DNA of 64,000 nt from Octopus sinensis (taxonomy: Eukaryota). The notes beneath the pieces are model-generated. The model had not been told where the DNA came from. It saw only the letters and a list, made by a program, of their open reading frames with translations, and made no database searches. Below, piece by piece: positions 1 through 13,317 of this stretch (position 1 is its first letter; each line of letters begins with the position of its first letter). The stretch covers positions 98,456,001-98,520,000 of the forward strand of contig NC_043006.1 in assembly GCF_006345805.1 (NCBI RefSeq), given 5' to 3'. A program made the translations under genes and the position numbers.

Positions 1-587
1 ATTGGGGACGTCTGGTAATTGAAGCGAAGTTTCTTTTTGCTTCGATTCTACTTTAATTGCTGCAATTGGCAGTAGTTTAATTACTTTAATTACTGTTACT
101 TTAATTACACTACCTTAGTTACTGCTATTCGTAGTAGTTTAAACGCGTGTCAGTAAAATAATGCTAGAGTTGCATTGTTGAAGAGAAAGTTTCGCTTTCT
201 GGAGGTGATCTACGAAGCTACGTTAGTGTCAAATTATTGACTTTGTTATATATGATGCGGACACTGACTCACTGTCAAGTGGAACAGCGTCATTTACATT
301 TGCGGAGAGAGAAATCTGGAAGAAAATAGCAACGCATTCGGATGTCATAGCCATTTTCTGATTGAATGTTTTTGAGATGAATCTCGCGTAGCGTGATGAA
401 TGTTTGTAGATTTGACTGCCCGGAAATCCTGCTCTCAAGCGAATGAATCTTCCATATTTGTGCATTTATAGAGGGGCTGATTCCTGAGCATTTAACATGA
501 CTGTCGCCGCTAAAGCAGCTGCTTCTTTCAGCCGTTTCAAGCAATTGTCATCGGTGATGTTTAATGACATTATAAGGAGCACTTCGT

Positions 588-706
588 GTACTGAGATGGA
601 GGTAGTGGTCGAAACACACAAAGAAAGCTTTTCTATGGTGGGTGTGAGTAGATTGCTGTAGGCATGTTACTGGGCAAGATTCTTGATTATGAAGTTTGTA
701 GCAATA
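588..706. repeat. Local direct repeat, copy A (copy B at 1121-1254)
   Basis: gtactgagatggaggtagtggtcga...gtttgtagcaata occurs twice; copy B carries an extra ~15 nt (gttgatcagggttat). Confidence 0.9.
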
Positions 707-1120
707 GATGACTGGGGACAATAATGCTGATGGATAATTTTGTTCTTTTGCTATGAGAATTGTTACAGAAAACGAGAAATGAAACGATTGTGTTTAGCTG
801 GAAGTGACATGATGAGCAGCCATATGGCCATGGCCATCCGAACTAAAAGATACTGCTTTCGTTGTTGCTGCTCCTAAACTCTAGTAAGGAAATGTATTAT
901 GAAATGGAGACTCTCGAAGTATTTTATTATATATAACAAGATGGGACTCTTTTCAATTCTGATTTAGTTCCATTTAAAATTGTCTTGCTTATCTGTTTTT
1001 GAAAAAATTGCTATTCTGCGAAATTTAAACTCAGATCGTAAGGCCGTACGAAGTGTTTCTAAGCAATTTTCCGGCGCGGTGGCGGTATGTGTGTATTACC
1101 TCGGCTCCACTGCTTAACTG

Positions 1121-1254
1121 GTACTGAGATGGAGGTAGTGGTCGACACATACAAAGAAAGCTTCTCTATGGTGGATGTCAGTAGATTGTTGATCAGGGTT
1201 ATGTTGTAGGCATGTTACTGGGCAAGATTCCTGATTATGGAGTTTGTAGCAATA
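1121..1254. repeat. Local direct repeat, copy B
   Basis: Aligns by eye to 588-706. Confidence 0.9.
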
Positions 1255-1359
1255 ATATCGATAGTCGCAGCCGTAAAAATACCTACCCTAAAAATATAAA
1301 AGATAAAGTTGACCCTAGTGTTCAACTGCTACATATTTTACAGCCAAAAATAATGTAAG

Positions 1360-1462
1360 AGACAACGTCGATTGTGGCGGTATTCGAACTCAGAACATAC
1401 AGACGGACGAAATTCCGCCTTGCATTTTTGTGTGGCGTGAAAATGATTCTGCGAACTCGCCC
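1360..1462 (-). mobile_element. SINE family A fragment (degenerate)
   Basis: Reverse complement resembles the GGCGAGCTGGCAGAA...GTTCTGAGTTCAAAT head of the well-preserved family A copies. Confidence 0.5.
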
Positions 1463-2611
1463 ACTTCTTAAGAGCAACAACAGCAACAATCACAGAAACA
1501 TAATTCTTCCGTGTTTAGAATGATTTTCGTGAGTTGTTTAAATTCATGTTTAGATTCATGTGTCAAATTGGCGAATGAAATTGGGCGATGTTGAAATTAG
1601 TTTCGCTTCTGTGATTCGTGGCAAAATGATATCAAAAAGAATAACAATGACGTTTGTAACTCAACAACAGATAGGGGACACTTCCCAGTCATTTCCAAGC
1701 AGAAACTCAAAACATTGCTACAGGGCAATGCTTATGGTATTTTCTCCACATGGTGCAAATGGTGTAGCACACGTGGCAGCTGTGCATCATTAACCAGCTA
1801 GAGGAGATGTCCTCTTTGGTTTACAAAATCGCGGCAAAGTCCGCTCACACAGACAATCATGTTGAAATGGCTTCGAACACTACTTGTTAGTATAACTATT
1901 GCGTTGATCTCTTAGAGAGTTTCTAGAACCAGCAATTTTACATGATGTAAAATTAGCGACTGTATCAAAATCAACATGAAATTATATATATTGCGATCAC
2001 ACGCAAGCTACTGCTATATCCAGCAAGCAAGGTGTCCTGAATTGAATAGAAGTAAAAACAGCCCAAACACTGTTGATATGCTGGTCCCGTTGCGAGAAGG
2101 TGGTAGGAGATCGATCCCCTGCTCGCAATATTTCGGATGTAGCTGTATATCATTTACCAGCTAGAGGAGATGTTCCCATAGGGTCAAAACATCGCAGTGA
2201 AGACCATTTGAAGGGGCACCCATATTGAAATGGCTACGAACATTACTTGTTGCATATATATACAGCCATTGGCGCATAGTACATAGACATACCTACATAT
2301 ACATGTATGAATATATATATATATATATACACTCGAAACAAAAGTCGTAACGTGTGGTATTCGGTTATTCCTTAAATGAAAAATGCATTAAATACTACAA
2401 AACGTACACGTGGGACAGACACAAGGACCTTAATCTTTCCTCAGTTATCGACCAAAAATGCTAATACCAGTCTCGTGCCTGTTTGTGGTTTTTGGAACTA
2501 AGTTACTTTCTAGAAGAATTATTTCCATTGGTTCCTATTTTCTCGGATATATGCCGAAAGCAAGAATAAAGTCTAGACAAAACATGATACTAATATATTC
2601 TAACCGTCTTT

Positions 2612-2830
2612 AGACGGCGAGCTTGCGGAATCGTTAGCACGCTCTGAGATTGCTTGGCGGCAATTCTTCCGTCTTTACGTTCTGATTTCAGGTTCCGGGG
2701 AGGTCGAATTTGGACCTCACCCCTTCAGTGTCGGTAAATCAAGTACCAATTAATCACTGGGGTCGATAAAATCAACAACACCCCTTCCGTAAAAGTGTTA
2801 GCTTTGTCCCAAAGTGTGAAACCAATATTC
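2612..2830 (+). mobile_element. SINE family A, diverged
   Basis: ggcgagcttgcggaatcgttagcac head, aagtacca...ctggggtcgat body, gaaaccaatatt tail; homologous to 13086-13317. Confidence 0.75.
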
Positions 2831-3568
2831 TCTGACCTACACATTTTCTGTGAGCTACGTCATCTATTCGTAATTTATGCTTTTAAATGTAATACTTGTA
2901 ATGAAAATTACATAGGGCAAAAATTTCTTCGAAATCCAGATATATTTTCAACAGCTAAAAGATAGAGAGTCTTATAATTAAGGCTTGTAAACAATAAACG
3001 AATCTCCAAAGCTTTAATCTTCCTAAGTTACCTTTTATTCAACAAGACAAAAGTTGAAATTCGGATATTGAAAGGGAATATGTTTATTAAAATCATCTGA
3101 ACACATATCTAGAAAATCTGTAAATAGCATTTGAGACGTCAACTCATTGTTTTACAAATGTGAAATACTTTCTAAACAACAGAAATTCTAAATTCGGATA
3201 CATCTATCAAATTACTTTTCATAACATACTTAACTGAACCATTAAGGCCCATTAAAGTAAGCAACGAAGGTAACAATTAGAATTCCACAAGTAATTGCAA
3301 TGACCTACAACTCCCGCCCCACGCACGCACACAAACACACAGAAACACACACAAATGACAGCAACAAATTTAACGTTTGACGTATGTTTTAAAATTATAA
3401 AATATTTCGACGACTGCAATTAGAAAATAGGAAATACAGCAACACATATTTTCTATATTGAATATTCATAAAAATGCGTTGTCGAGACAAATACAACTTT
3501 AGATTCATCACTATATATACTGCTTTTGAAAGCCATGAAACTGCAACACTCGTTGATTAAATATTTTT

Positions 3569-3686
3569 ATATGTGTGTATATATATATATGTATATATAT
3601 ATGTGTTTGTGTGTGTGTGTGTAGATATATATGTGTATATATATATATATATATATACACGTATATATATATATATATATATATAT
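3569..3686. repeat. (TA)n/(TG)n microsatellite
   Basis: Direct dinucleotide runs. Confidence 0.9.
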
Positions 3687-5309
3687 AAGGTGGCAGTCCA
3701 TGGGATCAAGCCCAAAAATCTTTAGCTCTCTTTGCAGCGTGACGGGGAGAGTTGTCCTGCAAGAAGATAAGAGGTTCAAATGACCAGGTAGAAGATGTAG
3801 AAGGGTGTGCTGCCTAAGAATCTGCTCGTTGATATCAGAATTGACAGTCCCTTGACACATATATTCATGTGTGTGTGTTTGTGTATACGTAAATATCTGT
3901 ATAATATTTACTCATATATATATTTCGATTCTTTTCGTTTTCTTTTTCTTCTTCTTCTTCTTTTTCGTCTTCTTCCTCTTCTCTCTCTATCTCTCTCTCC
4001 CTCGATATATCAAAACACACAATGTTTCCATTATCATAACTTAACATCCATTAGGTTATATTAAGTAATTCTGACGTGTCACTTTATGTTATATATTTGA
4101 TTCTGTCTGTCTTAACGAAACAGCTGTTGAATTTGATTAGCATATGAGCTATACGGGCAGTTCACACTTCTAAATATACTTCTATATATAAATATGAAAG
4201 GAAAGTGATGCAAATGCATCTAGTGATTTTAATGTTTGTGATGCTTGTCAATCAGCTGTTCGCTGAAAAGCATTTAGTAGAACTGTTCTAATTAATGGAT
4301 GTGTTTATATTTTTTTTTCGGCTATTTCTTGATTCATCAATAAAAGACAAATATGGTGCAACTTGCGATTTGTCAGACATGATACTCTTTTAAATGAATA
4401 ATACTGCTCTTAGCACAATCAATTAAGAAAATTACGAGTTGTAGTTGTGACAAGAATAACATATAAGCAATTTCTAAAATGTAGTGTAAATATTCTTCTA
4501 TGAGAAAGTATCACCTGTCACTGTACTGAAGTGTGCTTTGACATGGTTAAGTAAACCGAACATAATTACAAACTATGCGGCACCAGGCTGAAACGATTCC
4601 AATGGATTTCCTGCAGGAAAGAACTACGGGAATTACTACTTGAATATCATATCAACGAACGATCTCTAGCTAAGTTGATGAGGGATTCTTTTATTAGAAA
4701 ACTCTAGATTTTATCGGAAGTAAATAGTTTCAAATAGGCATCACCCATATTGTTATCTTTCCATTTCTCTTCAGGAAATGTTGCAGCATAAGTGTTTATG
4801 TTTAGAAATATGTTCGCACACACACAAACATCTATTCACACACATACACAGGAATTTATACACCTTTTACATATTCATATCCCAATTGCTTATTATATTT
4901 AACAGGACATAGGTTTTGATACCGCCTATCGAGAATTGATGCCATTGCAGAAAATATATGTATGTAAATTCCAGAATATAATATATACGATATAACCGAT
5001 ACAAACACAATTCTCGGCTTCTCCAAATATATTTGTTTATATCGTTAAGCAGAAACAAACACACACAAACACATGGGGACCAGTTGTGACACGTTTGGTA
5101 ATGCATAAGAGATATACAGCAAACGTATGATATGCATAATCACATATTTCACATGATAAAAATGAACTCGCAGATTGCAACTATATAACAACATTTGTGG
5201 CATTATTTATTCTCTCTGTCTATTGATATATCTATATGTGCGTGTATACGGATGTGTGCACATCCTTAATACATTTAACTATTTCCGGCAGCACAAAGAT
5301 GTACACGTG

Positions 5310-5380
<71 letters not shown>

Positions 5381-5394
5381 ATACATATATATAT

Positions 5395-6011
5395 GAAGTT
5401 CCACGTATTATGCATACAACATTTCCGGCAATTGTCATGGTTTTAGGGGTTGTCAGCAATGAAGGACATGTGATGCTTCCTTACTTCTTTCCACAAGGGA
5501 ACTCTGCAGCCTACATTGATGTCCTGGAAACAATTGTTAAATCCCTGGATAGAGAGTGCATGCAATAGAAGGCCGTATGTTTCAATAAGACTCTTCTGTA
5601 TCGCACATGGCTCTAGTAACACAGGAATGGCTGGCTGACGATTTTCATGATCATATAACCCCTAACATTTGGCCTCGTAATTCTTCCGATCTCAACACAT
5701 TGGACTATTACATGTGGCGCTTTGTTGAGAGAGAAGTCAATGAATACGCCCATAACGCCAAATATTCTTTGAAAGCTTCCTGTCAGAGCAATGTCCAGAA
5801 TGAACCAGGAGCACTTGTTTCGAACATGTAGATGATTTAGGTCTCATATAGAAGCGGTTGTTGAAGCTAACGGTGGCTTTATTGAACAACATTATAGAAA
5901 AGAAGGTTTATATTCATCCGCCTAGCATTTCTTTGATAAACAAGGTTATTATCTGTTATTATATATCTGTTTTTTTTATAACATAAATCTGTTCTCAACT
6001 TATGCACCCAG
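5395..6011 (+). mobile_element. Tc1/mariner (maT/DD37D-like) transposase relic, 3' half
   Basis: Peptides VMVLGVVSNEGHVMLPYFFPQG, FQ*DS and WPRNSSDLNTLDYYMW match the VMVWG..., FQQD and WPPNSPDLNPLDY motifs; stops and frameshifts present; ends at tgcacccag followed by TA. Confidence 0.85.
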
Positions 6012-6326
6012 TATATATATATGCTTACATATATATATATATATAATATATATATATATACTTATATATATATATAACTATAATAAACGTTTTAATACTT
6101 TTTGATAGTTATATATGATTATTTAAAAAAATTATAAATATAAATATAAATTAATAATTTTAAATTCAAATAATTTTAAATTTAAATTCTATATTTTATA
6201 TTTTGTAAATTATAATAATTATTTTTATTTTTATGTTTTGGTTTATGTTTATCTCTGTTTGATTTGCCTAATAGTGGTTTTATCTATAATTTAATTTATA
6301 TATATATATACACACATATTACTGTA

Positions 6327-6713
6327 TACTCTTTTACTTGTTTCAGTCATTTGACTTGGCCATGCTAGGGCGCCACTTTTTGTCAAGCAAATCGACCCCA
6401 AGACTTATTCTTTGTAAGCCTAGTACTTATTCTATTGGTCTCTTTTACCGAACCGCTAAGTTACGGGAACGTAAACACACCAGCATCAGTTGTCAAGCGA
6501 TGTTGGTGGGGACAAACACACAGATATGTATATACATATACATATAAACGATGGGCTTCTTTTCAGTTTCCGTCTACCAAATTCACTCACAAGGCTTTGG
6601 TTGGTCCGAGGCTATAGTAGAAAACACTTTTCCAAGGGGCCACGCAGTGGGACTGAACAAGAACCATGTGGTTCGTAAGCAAGCTACTTGCCTTACAGCC
6701 ACTCCTACGCCTA
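6327..6713 (-). mobile_element. SINE family B (tRNA head, CORE-like CCTTGGGCAAGT motif, internal CA/TA tract, AAAAGAGT tail)
   Basis: Near full-length; aligns to 33326-33740, 36313-36845 and 45971-46383. Resembles the published octopus tRNA-derived SINEs; exact family not verified. Confidence 0.9.
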
Positions 6714-6849
6714 TATATATATATATATAATTACCCTTTTTTTTCTTGCGACCTGTATTTTCTACTATTTTGATCTTTGTGCATGGGCCCCTAAATTCTA
6801 AGTCGGTGGTATATTTATATTTGTGATAAAGACGTAATTGCATGCTTAT

Positions 6850-7800
6850 GCTTGATGCCGTTTGATGATTTCTTGCTTTATTTATTTGTGTAATTATTTT
6901 GCCTTACAGATTTATAATAGTTTAAAAAGAGTTTATAATATGGGGTTCAACTAATGTATTTTTTTTATAGGAAAGCTGTGATTTTTTAAATTTTTGTCTT
7001 GAATTCTTTTGTTAAACTATTAAAATCTGTTTGTATGTATTTATTCAGTTTCGTGTTAGTACATTCGTTTGTAAATTTTGTTTTAACATATCATCATCTT
7101 GTGTTTTTAAATATTATTGTGGTGTTTCAGTAAGTGAATAAATTGTTTGCATCATGATTTTTTGCAAATTTTAATGACTTGTTTGTTTGTGTACGTAAAT
7201 TTAACTGTGAAATTAATTAAATGTATAATTATATAAGAAGGAGTGTTTCACAATGTAAAATGTATTTTTCGGTTGAGTAACTTTTGCTAATGTGCTTAGA
7301 ATGATTCTTTGGTGCTGTGTGTTGGGACATTCTCTTAGATTTAGCAAATACTTCTGTTCGTGTATTTCATCGGGACACATTGTATTATAAATTATAGTTT
7401 TGGGATTTGTAAAATGTTATGTCTCTGCACTTTTATGAGCTTGATAATTAATATTCAACTTCATGTATATATTTCGTGAGTTATTGACATTTATTTGAAA
7501 TTCTGCTTCCGTCGGTATGAAGAGTGCGTTCAGAAACGAGGATTTGTATGTCCTATCGGCTATTAAATCTATTTATAATTATATTTCAAGCGACATTTTG
7601 AGTTAATTATATGCCGATATGGTTGTGAATTCATTTGTCTGCGTTCGTATATGGATTGTTTTGTGTATCCAGTTACACTTATTTATTTTATATTTTTTGC
7701 ATTGTCCGGTCTTCGATATTGATCTATATAGGACAACGTCAACTTGTAATAAATTGTAGTGGATATATATTCATTGAGAGAGTTATTAAACATATAAAAT
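6850..7800 (-). pseudogene. Highly decayed PLE reverse transcriptase relic (Neptune/Poseidon-like)
   Basis: Minus-strand frame SSFLNALFIPTEAEFQINVNNSRNIYMKL...IIYNTM...PKNTFYIVKH resembles the PLE RT segment FLDxLLKP...DSxDFLxKL...LYTNI...NNTFxF; many stops. Confidence 0.4.
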
Positions 7801-10800
7801 GTCTCTCTGTATTTCTTCTACTTCTCTGAATAGAAATCCAGTCGAAGTTAACTTATTTTTACAAATTTTGAGTGACAGAAATGCGGGACTGGTAGAACGT
7901 AGGTCTAGATGCTTTGCCCGATGTGTCTCGGCTTTAACTTCTGAGAGCGTCTTATGCGCCTACACTGTTGGCAGTTAGTATTATCCTAAAGCTGGCCATA
8001 TTTGCATTAAACAATATCGTTGTCGTGAGTAGGGGAAATATGCATTTTTGGTCAACTGTCAATCTTTTTCGAACGACCAACGCAGAAAAGAGTAACACTG
8101 AACGCCGAAGGAAGGAAAATTAAACTACACCTGGGTTACTGAAAGTTCTTAATATATGAGGCATTCTTAGTATAACATGAGTTCATTAGCGTAAACTGTT
8201 CTGGTTCAGTGTTTATGGTTGTACACATAATATCTGTGCTTCTATCTGTCTTTTTCTTCCGATTTTTAAATGTGTTTGGAGCAGTATGTGATTTATTTCT
8301 TGCAGCCAGAACACAATAAGCTCTCGCATTGGTTAGATGCCTTTTTAATTTATTGTGTTTTTTAAGAATATATAGTAATGTATAATGTTGTTAAAACATA
8401 ACATAAATCGATGTATTTTATTCAGTTTCTTTCGAGGTAAACACCTTCCTTTTCGGCTGTTGAATTTTACCGTAAGATAAGACGAGGGAAATATAACAAG
8501 TGCACACTGTGTTTTCGATAGTAATTAAAGCATCGTTTGATGCGAAAATCATCATCATTTAATCATCATTGAATGAATATAGGCGAAGAAAAGACAGATA
8601 GTTCCAGAACAAAATTACTTTGAATGTTCTACCTATTTCCAGCGTTTAAATTGGATCTGAAAGAACTCAGTACACACATAACTTTTACCAGATTCCATGT
8701 TACAACAGTACCAGGTAAAGGAAACTGTTCCCGTCGATACACGTGACTTAACATCGGGAGTCACAAGAACCGTTGAAAAGAGTGCTGTAATATACCTCCA
8801 TATATAACGAAGCTACCAAGCCCTCGATAACCTCAGTCAAACTTAATTACATCATCCCTGAACAAAGCCCCATTCAACAGGGACTGAAAAGTACCAAGTA
8901 AAGCAATGCAGTTACTACGTAGACAAATTAATGGAAGACGAACGACAATATTATTTAAAGAGCGCGTACGGGGAATGTTGTATTATACAACTTTACCACA
9001 ATAGCTTGGTAATAACATGTCCTGTAAAAATATTCGTTCCCTTCGTTCGCATATTTTCGTACGAGTTTTTATATTCTCTACTAATTGTTCAAAAAAATAA
9101 CATATCTCTGATCTTCCGATGTTTTCGAAACATATTCAGCATCATAAGATCGTAAGTAGGTATCGGTTACCATAGCATAACAGAATGTTCTACAAAAGAA
9201 AAATATCTCCTGCTGTATAGCATAAGGCATCGATTTCATGTCCAAAATATTAGCATGCTATATAGGGGTAGCATAAGGACACTTAGTATGAATCCCTACA
9301 AAGCAATAGACAATGTTCCATCTTCAAGAACAAAAATGACACATAAGTTTCAGAACATGTTTGGAAATATAAATCGCAGAAATATGTCAGTATATCAGAA
9401 TGCAAATTATATTATTTATCCAGCATACGGATTAGGATCTAAGGTCGTCGTTGCGAAGAAAATTCTACGTCATCCTTTATCACTCTTCATTTTTAAATAT
9501 CTTATACGAACTAATTATAATGGTACGGCAATACAGTGAATACATAACACTAACCAATTCTAAAGCAAGATGTCTTGTGGGTATCTGACGAGCAAACGGA
9601 CAACTGTGTTTTTCATGTGAGCATTTACATTGGCAACCAAGTGGCTAGCATCATGTCCAGCCATGTAATTACTCCTAAAGCAGAAAACAAAATTGTTTGT
9701 TACTTATTAAAATTAGCGTATCGTAATCTCTATGAGCATAAAATCAAGTAGCTTGCTTACATACTTATATCATTCGAAAACAATTGCACCAAACATCTTT
9801 AAATACCACGATGACTATTATTTGAAGCGGTCATAACACTTCGCACAAGATTTCCATTTTGAAAAAACAAGTTGGTTTATCAACTCCCAGGTTTATATTA
9901 CATTATATTTGCTAATGACGAAACGGAAAGACACGGTTCATTTATGAAATCAAATCCTTTTTAAATATAATTTATTAATTAAATTATTGAATTGACTTTA
10001 CAGTTCTCTTGCCATTTCTATGTTATGGAACTTTTATCAGATGTCACTTATCATTTTATCAAATATTTTACCTCACTTGTTAAGATTTGACCAAAAATTA
10101 TCAGAAGTGCAAAGGTCAAACATCGCTGTATGTCTAGCTTTTAGTTTCAAGACGTATTGATTTTAATTCATATATGTTTGTTAGAAGAAAATTAGATTAA
10201 GGGTTAACTAATTCAATATACAATAGTTGACCTACTAATAAATAATTTTGTTTTACTTATAAAATTGTATTTAAATTCATATTTGAACCAACTTTTGCAA
10301 GATTTGCTTCCTGTTAAGTACTATGTATATTTGATGAAAATGAATATAACAGGAATGCGTTAAATTACTTAAAAACAAACAACACCAATCCTAAAACTTG
10401 AAATTCAAATAAAATAGTGAAGATAAATGTTTAGGTAAACAAGAATTCTTTTTCTTCTTTTACACTTACGAATAGAATATACGCAGAATAAGAAGCCATT
10501 ACTATTCAGTATGTATAAATATAATTTGTGTATCTAAAATGTTAAATTACTACTTACACCATCAATATAAATACATGCATCGGAACCCACATCTTACATA
10601 CCCTAGTTCTTGTAATTGATAGTACATTCGAGATTAATGCATCATTTTTAATTGTATATCGCTTTTCATTATTAATAAATTCTGATGCTATCAAATGAAT
10701 TTCGGAAAATTTTCGGTATTTATATTATATCTGCAATTATAATTTTCCGTTCTTTCAGTAACAAATTTACTTTTTGTTTTATTCGCTTTGGGCCTCTTTA

Positions 10801-12216
10801 ACAGAAAAATCTGAATTCTCTGTCGTACATATTAGTTTACAATACTACAGAGATTTTACAGCAATCACATATTGGTTACAACGTTATTTTCTTGTTCATA
10901 ATTACAATTTTAATTGAATATTACTTCTATTATATATAACGGGTATCTTATGCAGCCACGTGATTATTCGCAATAACTGTTTGTATACATACGAGAGGAG
11001 ACAAATCGTCAAACATTCAGTTACCCACTACTGGAGCAATTTTCGCGTCTCTCAGCCCGCAGATATATATTCAGTTACGATTAGCAATATCCACAACAAA
11101 ACTTCACTCTATGTTTCACATGCCACTGGCCCAAATGGGACCTATAAAGACAGAACAATTTATAAGATGCAAGGAACTCACATGGAATATGTGTGATGAT
11201 ATTAAAGATATATCAGTGCTTTCTATTTTTGTGTCAAGGAGTAGCAAAGCTGATAAAACCACTGGATGAAGCATAAGGAATATATAGAAATGGCCTGGTA
11301 ATTGAAGAATGAAAAACACAGAACGAAAGCCAAAATGTTTTCAGCCTCAGAAAATTTATATTGGGCACATTATAATAGCCTTCATCTAAAGAAATATTTT
11401 GTAAAGAGCATGGACCCCAAGTCAACAGTTTTCAATATGTCAAGGCTTAATTCACAAGAATACTGTCTGCTATAATATTAGAAGATGAGATGTTTCTTGG
11501 CCACACACCAATTACATAATCTACTACAAATCATTTTCTGAGATGGAAGCAATTGAATAGATAGTTTTGGTGGAGTCATCAAACTGTATAATTTTGTTTG
11601 GGAGATTCAGAGCCAAAAACTTCGGTGAGTGATGTTAGGATGAAGATATTATCAATCAAGTGTGATAATATACTTCATTAATCTTTCATTAATTCCTATA
11701 AATTTAAAGTCATGTCCTGACTGCTTGATAGTATAAACAGACACGTTTAGGTTTAAATTGTTATTCTGGTTTAGTCCTTGGTTTTCCTTGACCAAGTTGA
11801 CTTATGACCAAAGAGATTAAAATCCTCAAAATAATGATCATACTATATTTTTATCCTGACGTATTAGGACAAACGTGCCATTTTCGGAAGACAATGGGTA
11901 GAATTGGTTGATAAATGTAGCAGGTCCAGAAACGACGTATTTCTTGTATTGTCAGCTCTACTGATTATAAATATTTTCCTTTTAGAAGTTAGAAATTGGT
12001 ATAATGTGTCAATATTTGTATTTCTTTATTTTTTACATCGTAAACGAAGGCACACTTCTGTTTTATCAATAGAAAAAAAATCTCATATTATCGTAAATGA
12101 CAAGGATACAACACTTAATCTAGTAGCGTGGCTGACCAGAATACGACACTTAGTCTGAGGAACATTTCCCCGTGAGGCTGTGAGTTTAGTATCATATAGT
12201 TGGAGACGGCTAAATA

Positions 12217-12449
12217 TATTTATTTACTACTCAATAGGGGCTAAACATAGAGGGGACAAACAATGACAGACAAAGGGATTAAGTCGATTACATCAACCCC
12301 AGAGCGAAACTGCTATTTTATTTATCGACCCCGAAAGGATGAAACGCAAAGTCGACCTCGGCGGAATTTAAACTCAGAACGTAACAACAGACGAAATACC
12401 GCTAAGCATTTTGCCCGGCGCGCTAACATTTCTGCCAGCTCACCGCCCT
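12217..12449 (-). mobile_element. SINE family A, full length
   Basis: Reverse complement of the 13086-13317 type sequence. Confidence 0.9.
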
Positions 12450-13085
12450 CGGGAACGGCTATATAATTAAGGACACATATTTCGAGAGGAAATATTAATC
12501 GAATTTTCAGTGCATCCCCTTTCATATAACTGGAGTTTGTGCATCGAATTCCCAATATTCAGTCTTTAGATTATATCAAATCTACATATACTCGCGAAAT
12601 ATTGCACTAATTACTGACTGTAATGATGCATTAAAGTTTGAGAAACAAAACACTTAATTATGAAACTTATTAGCAGAATTGATGTGACGCGCACACTTTT
12701 AGGTTATTATCTGGGATGCCTTTCAGTATATATGTTACAACTTTACTTCAATGTACTTATGTTCTGCATTGTAACACACGTTTCTTTTAAATAAACAAAT
12801 CAGTACAACTACCGTAGCTATGGTAACAAAATTTCTCAACACAGTGATTTAAATCAACGATATTAATTATACACACACACACATACGCACACACAGTAGA
12901 GGCACATTCTGTTTCTGTCACACGCATACACAAATAAAATTTAAAGTATATTGCGTAGGAGGTGAATAGAGCTAGCTACTTGGTAACAAACTCACCCCAA
13001 ATTAATCGAAAACTCTCGGATTTATACGAATATAAATACAGAATCTAAGCAAAATCTTATAATTTTAGGCGGTCATGGTACTGTA

Positions 13086-13317
13086 AGGCGGCGAGCTGGC
13101 AGAAACGTTAGCACGTCGGACGAATTGCGTAGCCGTATTTCCTCTGCCGTTACGTTCTGAGTTCAAATTCCGCCGAGGTCTACTTTTCCTTTCATCCTTT
13201 CGGGGTCGATTAATTAAGTACCAGTTACGCAATGGGGTCGATGTAATCGACTTAATACCTATGTCTGTCCTTGTTTGTCCCCTCTGTGTTTAGCCCCTTG
13301 TGGGTAATAAAGAAATA
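13086..13317 (+). mobile_element. SINE family A, full length, with 9 bp target-site duplication
   Basis: ggcggcgagctggcagaaacgttagcac head, GAGTTCAAATTCC B-box, cctttcatcctttcggggtcgat body; ggtactgta at 13077-13085 and 13318-13326. Confidence 0.93.

Noticed and set aside
4560-4710. Short stop-free stretches with AG/GT boundaries (here, and at ~8790-8900 minus, ~43000-43200 minus and ~51530-51690) as exons
   Set aside because: Peptides are short and match no family I recognise, and no consistent multi-exon frame links them; expected by chance in 64 kb.
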